Origin: Nitrospirota bacterium | GTDB taxonomy: Bacteria; Nitrospirota; UBA9217 | Reading direction: 5' to 3' | Length of the DNA: 64,000 bases | NCBI GenBank assembly: GCA_963840455.1 | Contig: CAWIYV010000011.1 | Location: 672,001-736,000, forward strand | In this document: in pieces, positions 31,063 through 40,202 of the stretch | Layout: every line of letters begins with the position of its first letter | Position numbering within the stretch: position 1 is the stretch's first letter | Made by a program: the position numbers and the translations under genes | The notes under the pieces: model-generated | Seen by the model: only the letters and a program-made list of their open reading frames with translations | Database searches by the model: none | What the model was told of the DNA's origin: nothing

Positions 31063-31164
31063 CGGTCGCCTCCTTGTTATACCAAACCTGCCCGTTCCCA
31101 CCTTTTATCAGTATAGCAGTATAGAAAACCCAGATTCCCGAAAAATGCCCTTCATGCTAATGTT

Positions 31165-31198
31165 AAAAAAAGAGCTAATTCCTAATAGGAATTAGCTC
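31165..31198 (-). terminator. tmRNA intrinsic terminator (island-supplied)
   Basis: GAGCTAATTCC-TATTA-GGAATTAGCTC-TTTTTTT on minus; homologous hairpins at ~19305-19337, ~25221-25253, ~19165-19193. Confidence 0.8.
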
Positions 31199-31274
31199 AA
31201 ATTCGCGAAAGTCTATAGGGTGGCAGGCTTGCCTAAAGACAAAAAATATCCATTAGAATCAATGACTTATTAAA

Positions 31275-31624
31275 TGGTGGAGGCGGCGGGAATTGAACCC
31301 GCGTCCGAAAACCTTCAACCGAAAGCTCATACATGCTTATCCCCTCGTTTACAGCTCTCGCTTCCTCCGGCGCCTCAGGGAAAGCTCCGGGATCAGCCAG
31401 CCCGGTAGTTCTTATCGCTCCGCCCCGGACATAGCGAAGAGACCAGCCCGAATTGTGACATCTCTTCAGCCGCTCAGGCGGCAGCCGGGAGACGCGCTAC
31501 TTAGTTAAGCAGCGTATGCCAGTTCGTTATTGGCAGTTCTATTTTGCCATGTGTTTTACGAGCCCCATGGCACCTCGGCATGCAACTCCCGATCTCTCGA
31601 TCCCCGTCGAAGCCAGTCGCCCCC
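31275..31624 (-). ncRNA. ssrA: tmRNA (SsrA), tag peptide ANNELAYAA (31505-31534)
   Basis: 5' GGGGGCGACTGGCTTCGACGGGG, 3' GGGTTCAATTCCCGCCGCCTCCACCA, resume ORF GCC AAT AAC GAA CTG GCA TAC GCT GCT TAA. Confidence 0.97.
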
Positions 31625-31646
31625 TTTCTTAAAGAATCAACTACCT

Positions 31647-31682
31647 GACACGGAGACACGGGGAAGGGGTGACGCGGGGACA
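31647..31682. repeat. 8-mer tandem repeat (GACACGG(A/G)) in the tmRNA leader
   Basis: gacacggagacacggggaaggggtgacgcggggaca; reverse-complement relatives at 32928-33003 and 60860-60926. Confidence 0.65.
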
Positions 31683-31735
31683 AATGCCCGTATAGCCTTC
31701 CTCTTTGTTCTCCGTGGTCAAACTCTCTGCTATAT

Positions 31736-31764
31736 ATAATAACCTATTGCTTGGCTGTATTCAA
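31736..31764 (-). promoter_or_regulatory. Putative sigma70 promoter for ssrA
   Basis: TTGAAT-17-TATTAT on minus. Confidence 0.55.
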
Positions 31765-32058
31765 TAGCCGAATGACATCTTCCTCGCTCTTTCCGCTGAT
31801 CTTCACGCGTTTTTCCCGGGAGGTGTGGCCGGAGAGGATCTCGATCTGCGATTTGCTGACAGAGAGGGTGTCGGAAAGAAACGTAACCAGGGCCTCGTTG
31901 GCGGCGCCATCAACGGGCGGCGCCGTCAGCCTGATCTTGAGGGAGCCGTCCTGCATGCGGGAGATGCCGTTCTTCGAGGCACGGGGCTGGATCCGGACGC
32001 TGAGGGTGGCGCTGATCTCAGTCTGCTTTTGCTTCCGGCTGCTCGGCCGTGCTTTCAC
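31744..32058 (-). CDS. DUF167/YggU family protein
   Basis: VRIQPRAS, LKIRLTAPPVDGAAN, SGHTSREK. Confidence 0.9.
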   Translation of the reverse strand: MKARPSSRKQKQTEISATLSVRIQPRASKNGISRMQDGSLKIRLTAPPVDGAANEALVTFLSDTLSVSKSQIEILSGHTSREKRVKISGKSEEDVIRLLNTAKQ

Positions 32059-32506
32059 TGCCCGCCTCCTCGAAGCTCACCATTTCCTGGTGCATCTGGA
32101 GCATCTTCCGCATGTCCTGCAGGAAGTGGTGCTTCTGGCGCCGCAGCTCGATCAGCTCCGATTCCAGGCGGAGCCGCTCCTCCCGGGCGCGCTCGAGGGT
32201 CTGCTGATACTTGATCTCGGCATCTTTCACCATGAGCTGCGCCTCCTTCCGGGCGTTCTCACGGATGTCCTCGGCCAGCTTGTGCGTCGTGATCATGGTG
32301 CTCTTGAGTGTGTCCTCCCGGTCCCGGTAGTCCCGCATGCGCTCGTCATAGGTGTCGCGGAATTCGCGAAGCTCGGTCACCTCGCGTACGAGGCCCTCCA
32401 TCTCTTCGCGCACCACGTCGAGGAACGCCTCGACCTCGGTGCGTTCGAAGCCGCGGAAGGCGATGTGGAACCGTTTCTGCTGGATATCGAGTGGTGTTAC
32501 CTTCAT
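32018..32506 (-). CDS. divIVA: DivIVA domain coiled-coil protein
   Basis: TPLDIQQKRF...FRGF...EV..FL N-terminus. Confidence 0.9.
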   Translation of the reverse strand: MKVTPLDIQQKRFHIAFRGFERTEVEAFLDVVREEMEGLVREVTELREFRDTYDERMRDYRDREDTLKSTMITTHKLAEDIRENARKEAQLMVKDAEIKYQQTLERAREERLRLESELIELRRQKHHFLQDMRKMLQMHQEMVSFEEAGSESTAEQPEAKAD

Positions 32507-32524
32507 GGCACGTTCTCCCTTTCC

Positions 32525-32824
32525 TCAGCGCATGGAATAGCCGATACGGACCAGCGTGTCGACAACGGCGATCTCCAGGAAATAGATGATCAGGACAGCA
32601 ATGAGCGGCGAGAGATCGATCCCCAGCCGGTATGCCGGCACCAGCTTCCGGAGCGGCCTGAGTACCGGTTCGGTGATCCGCGTCAGGAACTGGACAATGG
32701 GATTATAGGGGTCCGGGTTCACCCAGGACAGGAGCGCCCGGATGATGATGATCCACAGGTAGATATTGAGAGCAATGCCCAGGACCTTGGCGATGCCAAG
32801 TATGACGTTTCCGAAAACGAACAT
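32525..32824 (-). CDS. yggT: YggT family membrane protein
   Basis: LLSWVNPDPYNP..TEPVL.P.R..IDLSP; SD AAGGGAGG. Confidence 0.92.
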   Translation of the reverse strand: MFVFGNVILGIAKVLGIALNIYLWIIIIRALLSWVNPDPYNPIVQFLTRITEPVLRPLRKLVPAYRLGIDLSPLIAVLIIYFLEIAVVDTLVRIGYSMR

Positions 32825-32848
32825 TGTTCCTCCCTTGATAGACCACAA

Positions 32849-33003
32849 AGTAAGAAGAGGAAAGGAGAGTAAGCATTGGCAGAATTTCTTACCTTCTTAC
32901 CTTCCTACCTTGATTTACTTTCTGCCTTCCCCGTGTTTCCCCGACTCCGCGTCTGTTTTCCCTTCCCCTTGTCTCCTTGTCTGTTTCACTGTCCCCTTGT
33001 CGG
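32849..33003. repeat. Two adjacent 8-mer periodic repeat tracts in the proC-yggT spacer
   Basis: AGTAAGAAG...CTTACCTTCTTACCTTCCTACCTT (inverted), then TCCCCGTG/TCCCCTTG tandem tract. Confidence 0.65.
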
Positions 33004-33006
33004 AAC

Positions 33007-33819
33007 TTACTTCCCCAGCTCCTTGCTCCTTGCTGTCGCCGCTTCCACCGCGTTTATAAGCGTCGCCCGCAGTTTGCCCTTCTCGAGCATATGCAGCCCT
33101 TCTATGGTCGTGCCGCCCGGCGAGGTCACCATGTCCCGCAGCTTTCCGGGGTGTTCATGGGTCTCGAGCACCATCTTTGCCGCGCCATAGACCGTCTGGG
33201 CCGAGAGCTCGAGTGCGAGCGGCCGGGGAAGGCCTGCCTTGACGCCGGCGTCCGTCAGCGCCTCAATGATCGTAAAGACGTATGCCGGCCCACTGCCCGA
33301 GAGGCCTGTCACCGCATCCATGAGCTTTTCTTCGACCACCACGGCCCGGCCGACAGCGCCGAAGATCTGCTGGGCAATCATCATGTCCGACGCTGTGGAG
33401 ATCGACCCGGCGGCAAGCGCAGCCGCGCCGGAAAGCACCAATGCAGGGGTGTTCGGCATCACCCGTATGACCCTGGGCTTCTTCGTCAGCATCGTCTCGA
33501 TCCGGGCGATGGTCACCCCCGCTGCGATCGAGATCACGAGCTTCTCCTTGTCCGCCACAGGCTCGATCTTGGACAGCACCACGTCGATGATCTGGGGCTT
33601 CACGCAGAGCAGGATGATATCGGCCTGTGCCGCGGCGTCCTTGTTGCTCCTCTGAACGACGATTCCATAGGTCTCGTTCAGATGCTCGAGCCGCTCGGTG
33701 GACACGTCGGACACAAGGATCCGGTCCGGCTTCGCGATCCCTGCAGCGAGCATCCCCTTGATGAGCGCCTCGGCCATATTCCCGCCGCCGAGGAAGGCGA
33801 TCTTTTGATCTAAGGCCAT
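33007..33819 (-). CDS. proC: Pyrroline-5-carboxylate reductase
   Basis: GGGNMAEA, RVMPNTP, SGSGPAY, VTSPGGTT; SD GGAGG. Confidence 0.96.
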   Translation of the reverse strand: MALDQKIAFLGGGNMAEALIKGMLAAGIAKPDRILVSDVSTERLEHLNETYGIVVQRSNKDAAAQADIILLCVKPQIIDVVLSKIEPVADKEKLVISIAAGVTIARIETMLTKKPRVIRVMPNTPALVLSGAAALAAGSISTASDMMIAQQIFGAVGRAVVVEEKLMDAVTGLSGSGPAYVFTIIEALTDAGVKAGLPRPLALELSAQTVYGAAKMVLETHEHPGKLRDMVTSPGGTTIEGLHMLEKGKLRATLINAVEAATARSKELGK

Positions 33820-33877
33820 ACAACCTCCAAAGTCATCTGATACATGCGACTCGAATAAAGAACCATTAAATATCATA

Positions 33878-33980
33878 ACACGAATGTCACGAATGTACGA
33901 ATTTCACGAATAAGAGCTTTACAGCAACAGCTCCCTTTGTCATTCGTGCTATTCGATATCAATTCGTGTCATTCGTGATA
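33878..33980. repeat. Periodic palindrome (ACGAAT x4 ... ATTCGT x4)
   Basis: acacgaatgtcacgaatgtacgaatttcacgaat ... attcgtgctattcgatatcaattcgtgtcattcgtg. Confidence 0.8.
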
Positions 33981-34037
33981 ATGCTTTTCCTTTTCGTCAG
34001 ATACTCTGTCGCTGTATCTTAGTGGCGAAAAGCCCTG

Positions 34038-34721
34038 TTATCTTGCCCCGAATATCGCCGATCCCACGCGCACCAGCGTCGCACCTTCCTCGATCGCCAC
34101 CTCAAAGTCGCCGCTCATGCCCATGGACAGCTCGTTCATCGAAATGCCGTCGATCCCTTCCTTCCGGACGGCACTGGCCAGGTCCCGCAGCTTCCGGAAA
34201 TAGGGGCGTGAGTCCTCAGGATCATTCGAGAGCGGCGGCATGGTCATGAGGCCCAGGACCCTGATGTGCTTCAGCCCCGCCGCTTCCCTGACGAGCCGTA
34301 CCGTGTCCCCGATGCTCACGCCGGCCTTGGCCGCCTCTCCCGCGATGCTCACCTCGATGAGGACGTCCTGTACCTTCCCGTTCTTGGCGGCCTGCTTATC
34401 GATCTCCTTTGCGAGCTCAAGGTTGTCGACGGAATGGATGAGGTTGAAGAGTTTCACCGCGTACTTCGCCTTGTTCGTCTGAAGGTGGCCGATCAAGTGC
34501 CAGCTCGCAATCCTGCCGAGCGCATCGATCTTCTCCTTCGCTTCCTGCACGCGGTTCTCGCCGAGGACCAAAGCCCCGGCCGCGGTCGCCTCACGAATGC
34601 GGTCAAGGTCCACGGTCTTGGTAACGGTCACGAGCCGGATGGCTGATGGGTCCCTGCCTGCGCGCTTCGCCGCGGCAACGATCCTGTCTGTGACAGTCTT
34701 GAGATTTTCAGCAATAGACAT
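34038..34721 (-). CDS. yggS: YggS family PLP homeostasis protein
   Basis: VTKT, GENRVQE, WHLIGHLQTNK, LSMGMSGD, VRVGSAIFG. Confidence 0.96.
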   Translation of the reverse strand: MSIAENLKTVTDRIVAAAKRAGRDPSAIRLVTVTKTVDLDRIREATAAGALVLGENRVQEAKEKIDALGRIASWHLIGHLQTNKAKYAVKLFNLIHSVDNLELAKEIDKQAAKNGKVQDVLIEVSIAGEAAKAGVSIGDTVRLVREAAGLKHIRVLGLMTMPPLSNDPEDSRPYFRKLRDLASAVRKEGIDGISMNELSMGMSGDFEVAIEEGATLVRVGSAIFGAR

Positions 34722-35053
34722 GAAAATGTTACCTGCTTTTGTCCCGACCCCGGGTAGTCCGGCTGCGACGACTGTGCGTTTAAGCTCCCTGAAAATAACT
34801 GCATGGAGCTTCGATCCCTATGGATTACGCATGCCCCGCCATGCATGGAGCAAGAACAGACCAGAAGGCAGCGCGTCCGACGGGGAAGCGCTGCCGAAGA
34901 CTCCGGCTCGTGACAGAAACGCGCAACAGCATTCTCCATGCTCAGCACAGCAGGGCTACCGGGCTGCCCAAGTAAAAAAACGCCGCAGCATATGTTGATC
35001 TGCGTTCAGCTGCGGTTCAGAAACCTGTGACGTTATCTTCGGGTCCAGGCGGC

Positions 35054-35842
35054 TTACTGCTTCAGCATGATCACCGACAGCATCCTGCCCGTCCTGCCCT
35101 CTGCACGGAAGGAATAGAACAGCTCCTTCCTGCAGGACGTGCACATGCCGGCGGCGTGAATGTTCTTTTCCGCTAGGCCGACCTGCATTAATTCGATGTG
35201 GTTCGCCTTCACGAGATCAAGGCTCCACCGGTCCTTCCCCTGCGGCTCAGAAACTTCCCGCCAGAAAGAGAAGGCCGCTTGCACCGGCCCCATGACCGGC
35301 TCGTCCACCTCGTAGCACTCCGGCCCGATAGCAGGGCCGATGGCGGCGATCAGCCGGGACGGCTCGGAGCGGAACTCCTCGTGCATCCGATAGACCGCCT
35401 TCTGGACGATCTTCTTCACCGTGCTCCTCCATCCCGCGTGCACCGCGGCCACAGCCGGCCTCACCGGGTCGAAGAGCAGGATGGGCACGCAGTCGGCGGT
35501 CTCGACGCCAACGGCGATCCCCGGTACATCGGTCATCAAAGCGTCGGCATGGACGGACCGGGCCCCCCGGATGTTCAGCTCATCGATACGGATGATGTTC
35601 TCGCCATGCACCTGGTTCACCGTCGCCACGCGGTCGATATGGATCCCGAAGGCGTCGGCAACTGCGCTCCAGTCATCAGGCTGCCTGACGCCGTTGCTCT
35701 TGGCGCCCAGCCCGCCGTGCCGTGTGGTAAAGGCGTGGAGGAATCTCCCCGTCTTGTCCAGGGCCGGTACCGTTAGATACTCCATCTCGCTGACCGATCC
35801 GGCGATAGTGCTTCTCTTATGATGGGACCTTACCGTGTTCAT
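35054..35842 (-). CDS. pgeF: Peptidoglycan editing factor PgeF (YfiH); start could be ATG 35785
   Basis: FTTRHGG, QVHG, TADCVP, HAGWR, GPAIG, CT.C..FYSFR. Confidence 0.92.
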   Translation of the reverse strand: MNTVRSHHKRSTIAGSVSEMEYLTVPALDKTGRFLHAFTTRHGGLGAKSNGVRQPDDWSAVADAFGIHIDRVATVNQVHGENIIRIDELNIRGARSVHADALMTDVPGIAVGVETADCVPILLFDPVRPAVAAVHAGWRSTVKKIVQKAVYRMHEEFRSEPSRLIAAIGPAIGPECYEVDEPVMGPVQAAFSFWREVSEPQGKDRWSLDLVKANHIELMQVGLAEKNIHAAGMCTSCRKELFYSFRAEGRTGRMLSVIMLKQ

Positions 35843-35857
35843 CGTTCGCTTCTTTCG

Positions 35858-35908
35858 TTGAAGATTCCCCGCAGCAAGCTGCGGGGAATGTGCTCACTCC
35901 TGGATTCA
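35858..35908. repeat. Short copy of TTGAA...TTCAA MITE/REP-like element
   Basis: TTGAAGATTCCCCGCAGCAAGCTGCGGGGAATGTGCTCACTCCTGGATTCA; overlaps the radical SAM stop. Confidence 0.8.
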
Positions 35909-37633
35909 TGCGCAGACCCCGCAGGTCCTGCACGTTCCGACCTTACAGGGCGGCGTGAATCTGCCCTCCAGCGCCCGCGTATGCTCGTTCTTAAGATATT
36001 CTTTTCTCACCCCTATGTCAATGAAATCCCAGGGAAGGACCTCGTCGAAGGCCCGTTGCCGCGTTACGTAGAACGCCGTGTCGAACTTAAGCTCACGGCA
36101 TGCCGCCTTCCAGTCGCCTCCCCGCTCATGGACCGCCTTGAGAAGCCTGTTGACCCGACGATCGCCGCGCGACAAGAGCGCCTGGATGGACTCCCACTTG
36201 GGAAGGTCGTGGATGATGTTCATATTGCCGATCTTCTTCACGGCCTTTTCGAGATGGCGCTGTTTCCGGTTCAGGTCCGCCACCTCCTCCATGGGCTCCC
36301 ACTGGAACGGCGTGAATGGCTTGGGCACGAAGGAATTCACGGACAGCGTGATCCTGCCGATCCTGCCGGCGGGCCGCGCGTGCCTGAGCTGGACCTTGCG
36401 AACCTGTTCGGCGAGGACGATGATGGCGTCGATGTCCTCCTGCGTTTCCGTCGGCAGACCGATGATGAAATATAATTTGAGGTTGGGGATGCCCGCGCCG
36501 AAGACCATATCCGCAGCGCGCAGGATATCCGCCGCCGTTATACCCTTGTTGATCACCTTCCGGAGGCGTTCGGAGCCCGCCTCGGGCGCGATAGCAATGG
36601 TCTTGTGGCCGCTCTTCGCCAGTCGTTCGATGAGCGGCCGGCTGAGCGAATCGGCGCGCAGGGACGACACGGACAGACTTCCCTGTATCGATGAACAGAG
36701 GTCGTCGATCGCAGGATAATCGGACAGGGCCGACCCGACGAGGCCGATCTTTCCGCAACGTTCGTCAGCCTGTTTCGCCTGTGCCTGCCCTCCCTGGGCC
36801 GAAAGGTTCCGCGGCGGGAGGTAGATGTAGCCGGCCATGCAGAATCGGCAGTGCCGTCCGCATCCCCGCGTCACCTCGGCGAGATGCATGTCGCTGAACT
36901 CGGTGTCCGGCGTGAGGATGACCGTAGCTGCCGGCTTGCCGTCGATGTCCGCGACGCGCCGCTTCTTGATGATAGCCGGGGCCTCCGGCATGAGCGTCCG
37001 CCGCTCCCGGACCGTGCCATCATCGTTGTACGTGATCTCGTAGAATTCGGGGATATACGCGCCCGGTATCGAACAAAGGGCGCGAAGCAGCTCCTGCCGG
37101 CCGTGACCCCGGTTCGCCTTGTAGGCATCGAGAAACTCGCCGGCAACCTCCTCGCCTTCACCCACGATCACCACATCGAAGAGGTCCGCGAGCGGCTCCG
37201 GATTGAAGAACGTGCAGATGCCGCCAAGGACGAGGAGCGGATCTTCCCCGGTCCGCTCTGTTCTGTCCGGCGCGATGCCCGCAAGCCGCAGCATCTCGAG
37301 CACGTTCAGATAGTCCTGCTCGAAAGAGATGGAGAAGGCGAGGATATCGAAGTCCCGAACCGGCCGCCGGGTCTCAATCGAAAAGAGCCTCGTACCTGAC
37401 CGCTCGTACTCCGGAAGGTCCACTTCATCGGGCAGGAACACGCGCTCGCATGCCGTGTCACGACGCCGGTTCAGGACAGAATAGACCTGGTGCACGCCGA
37501 GGTTCGACATGCCCACATGGTAGGTGTTGGGATAGGCCAAGGCGATCTCGATATCGGCCCCCCGCGCCTTGAAGACGGTCCCCCTCTCCGCGGCGAGCAG
37601 TGCTTCGGCCTTTTCTTTGAGCCCTCTGGACAT
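35906..37633 (-). CDS. B12-binding-type radical SAM protein (TIGR03960-like)
   Basis: YPNTY.VGMSNLG, RGCGRHCRFC (CxxxCxxC), APEAGSERLR, FVPKPFTPFQW, C-terminal CxxCGVC. Confidence 0.9.
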   Translation of the reverse strand: MSRGLKEKAEALLAAERGTVFKARGADIEIALAYPNTYHVGMSNLGVHQVYSVLNRRRDTACERVFLPDEVDLPEYERSGTRLFSIETRRPVRDFDILAFSISFEQDYLNVLEMLRLAGIAPDRTERTGEDPLLVLGGICTFFNPEPLADLFDVVIVGEGEEVAGEFLDAYKANRGHGRQELLRALCSIPGAYIPEFYEITYNDDGTVRERRTLMPEAPAIIKKRRVADIDGKPAATVILTPDTEFSDMHLAEVTRGCGRHCRFCMAGYIYLPPRNLSAQGGQAQAKQADERCGKIGLVGSALSDYPAIDDLCSSIQGSLSVSSLRADSLSRPLIERLAKSGHKTIAIAPEAGSERLRKVINKGITAADILRAADMVFGAGIPNLKLYFIIGLPTETQEDIDAIIVLAEQVRKVQLRHARPAGRIGRITLSVNSFVPKPFTPFQWEPMEEVADLNRKQRHLEKAVKKIGNMNIIHDLPKWESIQALLSRGDRRVNRLLKAVHERGGDWKAACRELKFDTAFYVTRQRAFDEVLPWDFIDIGVRKEYLKNEHTRALEGRFTPPCKVGTCRTCGVCA

Positions 37634-37860
37634 GTGCAATTATACTATGCTTTCGCGTATGAGCGCAAAACAAAACCCGGCACGGGCCAAGTTGAGCATG
37701 TATTTCTATGAAATCATCTTCTGCGCGAGCGGGCAGCACGGGACTCCCACCCTACTTTTTCGATCGCCGTATCAGCGCCGAGAATGCTTGCAGCCCTTTT
37801 CAGAGACACAAAATTATTTTGGAGTATCCACGCGAGGATCGATCAGGATAAGACGTAAGG

Positions 37861-37889
37861 TTGACATTATCTTTTCCGTCTGATATCTT
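37861..37889 (+). promoter_or_regulatory. sigma70 promoter of FKBP gene
   Basis: TTGACA-17-TATCTT. Confidence 0.65.
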
Positions 37890-37919
37890 CGACCCATCTC
37901 TTATCCAGGGGAGGATGTC

Positions 37920-38570
37920 ATGGAGCTGAAGGACCAGAAGCACAAGGTAAGCTACAGTATCGGGGTCGACATCGGACGAAGCCTGCAGAGGAACGGTACG
38001 GATGTCGATGTCAAAGTGCTCGCCCAGGGCATGAAGGACCTGCTGGCAGGTGGGCCCCTCCTTATGACCGATGAGGAGATCAAGGAGGTCTTCACGAAGG
38101 TCAAGGCCGAGAATGCGGCAAAGCAGTATGCGAAATACGAAGCGAAGGCCGAGACGAACAAGAAGGACGGAGCGGCATTTCTTGAACGCAACAGCAAGGA
38201 GGAGGGGGTCATCCTTTTGCCCAGCGGCCTGCAGTACCAGGTGCTGAAGGAGGGTTCAGGGCGGTCTCCCCGGCCGAGCGATACGGTCAGCGTCCACTAC
38301 CGCGGCATGCTCATCGACGGCAGGGAATTCGACAGCTCCTACCAGCGGGGCCAACCGACCTCATTCCCGGTCATGGGTGTCATCAAGGGGTGGACCGAGG
38401 CCCTGCAGCTGATGAAGGAGGGGGGCCAATGGAGGATCGCCGTTCCGCCGGACCTTGCGTACGGAGAGTCCGGCACGCCGGGGGGGCCCATCGGCCCGAA
38501 CCAGGTCCTGCTCTTCGAGCTCGAAATCCTTCAGATCGTCGACGCCGAGCAGGGATCGCCGAAGGCGTAG
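37920..38570 (+). CDS. FKBP-type peptidyl-prolyl isomerase (FklB/Mip-like, no signal peptide)
   Basis: SYSIG N-domain, SGLQY, VHYRG.LIDG.EFDSS, VIKGWTEAL, LAYG. Confidence 0.95.
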   Translation: MELKDQKHKVSYSIGVDIGRSLQRNGTDVDVKVLAQGMKDLLAGGPLLMTDEEIKEVFTKVKAENAAKQYAKYEAKAETNKKDGAAFLERNSKEEGVILLPSGLQYQVLKEGSGRSPRPSDTVSVHYRGMLIDGREFDSSYQRGQPTSFPVMGVIKGWTEALQLMKEGGQWRIAVPPDLAYGESGTPGGPIGPNQVLLFELEILQIVDAEQGSPKA

Positions 38571-38796
38571 CTATGGGATGTGCAGGGCCGGACGCTCCGC
38601 TGCCATCGACGGAAGCAACCGTACGGGCAGGAACGGCCCGTTAAGACGCAGGGAAACAAATGGGCATTGAATCAAGAAATGCCCTTGATAATGTCTCCTT
38701 CAGATTTAAAGGCTAAAGAGACATCACGAGAGCTTCGTTTACTGCCCTGAATATCCTTGCTCTGCCCGGACCCCTTTTCGTATAATCACCCCAGCC

Positions 38797-39531
38797 ATGA
38801 CCGTACCGGATCCCCTCGACAATATCAGCATCGTGCTCGTCAACACCAAGGCGCCGGCCAACATCGGGTCCGTTGCCCGGTGCATGATGAACGCCGGGCT
38901 GTCCCGACTCATCCTCGTTCGGCCGCCCGGGGACATGCATGACGAGGCCATGAAGCTCGCTGCGGGGGCTGGGAAGGTCCTGCTCGAGGCAAAGCAGTTC
39001 AAGACGCTCAGGGAGGCCGTGGCTGACCATCAGCTCGTGATCGGCACCTCCCGGCACCTGACCCGCCATCGGAGGAATATCCACTCTCCGCGAGACGCTG
39101 CCGAATGGATCATCCCGCTGCTCGGAAGGAACCGCATCGCCCTGGTCTTTGGCAGGGAGGTGAACGGCCTCGAGAAAGAGGACCTGTCCCTCTGCCATGA
39201 GCTCATCGCCATCCCCTCGTCTGAAGCGTTCCCATCGCTCAATCTTTCCCACGCGGTCATGGTGATCGCCTACGAGCTGTTCCTCTTGGCCCGGGACGGC
39301 CTGCCCCGGGACGGGCGAACGCTTGCCTCCGCGGAAGAGGTCGAGCGCTTCTTCGGTCACCTGCAGACCGCGCTCCGGTATATCAGGTTCCTTGACGATG
39401 CGAACGCGGAGCATATGATGTTCTCGCTCCGCCAACTCTTCGGCAGGGCCCGCCTTGAGCCGCGTGATGTAAAGATCCTGCGCGGTATCCTCTCCGCCGT
39501 TGCCGGTACACCTAAGCGAAACGACGGCTAA
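38797..39531 (+). CDS. trmJ: TrmJ/LasT-type SPOUT tRNA methyltransferase
   Basis: NIGSVAR.M.N.G, ALVFGRE.NGL, PSLNLSHAV. Confidence 0.88.
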   Translation: MTVPDPLDNISIVLVNTKAPANIGSVARCMMNAGLSRLILVRPPGDMHDEAMKLAAGAGKVLLEAKQFKTLREAVADHQLVIGTSRHLTRHRRNIHSPRDAAEWIIPLLGRNRIALVFGREVNGLEKEDLSLCHELIAIPSSEAFPSLNLSHAVMVIAYELFLLARDGLPRDGRTLASAEEVERFFGHLQTALRYIRFLDDANAEHMMFSLRQLFGRARLEPRDVKILRGILSAVAGTPKRNDG

Positions 39532-39631
39532 AGCTGCAACTGCATAACTTCTCCAGCCACAATCTTGGTTTGAATTCCTTGTTCCTCCTGTCTTAGAGCA
39601 GCGACCCTGCGCCATGGTCACTATCACAGCA

Positions 39632-39727
39632 TTGAGACTCCCGTCTTAATCTTGAGACAAAAACCACAAGCAGCAGGAACGCAACTTCCTGTATTCCGAA
39701 GGAATTGTGTTTGGCAATGTATTTGCT
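39632..39727 (+). promoter_or_regulatory. sigma54 promoter (-24/-12 at 39712-39727) with upstream palindromic activator site
   Basis: TGGCAATGTATTTGCT (GG-N10-GC); GTCTTAATCTTGAGAC palindrome plus extra TGAGAC half-site upstream. Confidence 0.7.
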
Positions 39728-39789
39728 AATTATGTGATCAAGCGCATCGTCCTTTACGCTGCATGACATGCTTGAGCGGGGTGATTACC

Positions 39790-40158
39790 ATGGTGATACT
39801 CGTTGACCAAAAGAAAGCAACGGCGATCAAGATCAACTGCTGGGAGTTCAAGAAGTGCGGCCGCCAACCAGGCGGGCACAAGGAAAAAGAACTGGGCACC
39901 TGTCCGGTGACGGTCCACGGGGACTTCGACGGCGCACACGAAGGGAAGAACGGGGGAAGGGCCTGCTGGGCGATCGCGGGCTCGCTCTGCGGCGGCAAGA
40001 TTCAGGGGACCTACGCGCAAAAGTTGCTCAATTGCTGGCGCTGCGAATTCATGAACCTCGTCAAGAAGGAAGAAGAGCCCACAGAGTTCGGTTTCTCGGC
40101 GACGCGGCTGGGCATTGAGAAGGTGCTCGAAAAGACCAAGTGGAAAGAGTTCCGTTAG
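39790..40158 (+). CDS. Two-CW domain Cys-rich protein, paralog 1
   Basis: NCWEFKKCGR.PGG..ELG.CP...GKNGGRACW.IAGSLCGG..QGT.A.K..NCWRC. Confidence 0.85.
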   Translation: MVILVDQKKATAIKINCWEFKKCGRQPGGHKEKELGTCPVTVHGDFDGAHEGKNGGRACWAIAGSLCGGKIQGTYAQKLLNCWRCEFMNLVKKEEEPTEFGFSATRLGIEKVLEKTKWKEFR

Positions 40159-40202
40159 GCCGAAGGGCCTGAATATCCTTATTCAAAGGGGAATCATCGA
40201 CG

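Larger units (their letters stand above)
19057..31297. mobile_element. tmRNA-anchored integrase-less island / tandem cargo-module array (~12 kb)
   Basis: Bounded by the tmRNA 3' end and its decayed copy; two internal att-like repeats; AT-richer spacers; no integrase ORF inside. Confidence 0.8.

Noticed and set aside
19564-31164. Prophage or defence-island interpretation of the cargo
   Set aside because: No phage structural, replication, integrase, nuclease or toxin-antitoxin motifs recognised; cargo is redox, metal and stress related.
31199-31245. Possible c-di-GMP-I riboswitch (GGGTGGCAGGCTTGCC)
   Set aside because: Lacks the GGCAAA/GACGC core; lies in the att arm downstream of tmRNA.
34722-35053. 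6S RNA call
   Set aside because: No recognisable 6S central-bubble motifs; kept only as an unexplained structured spacer.
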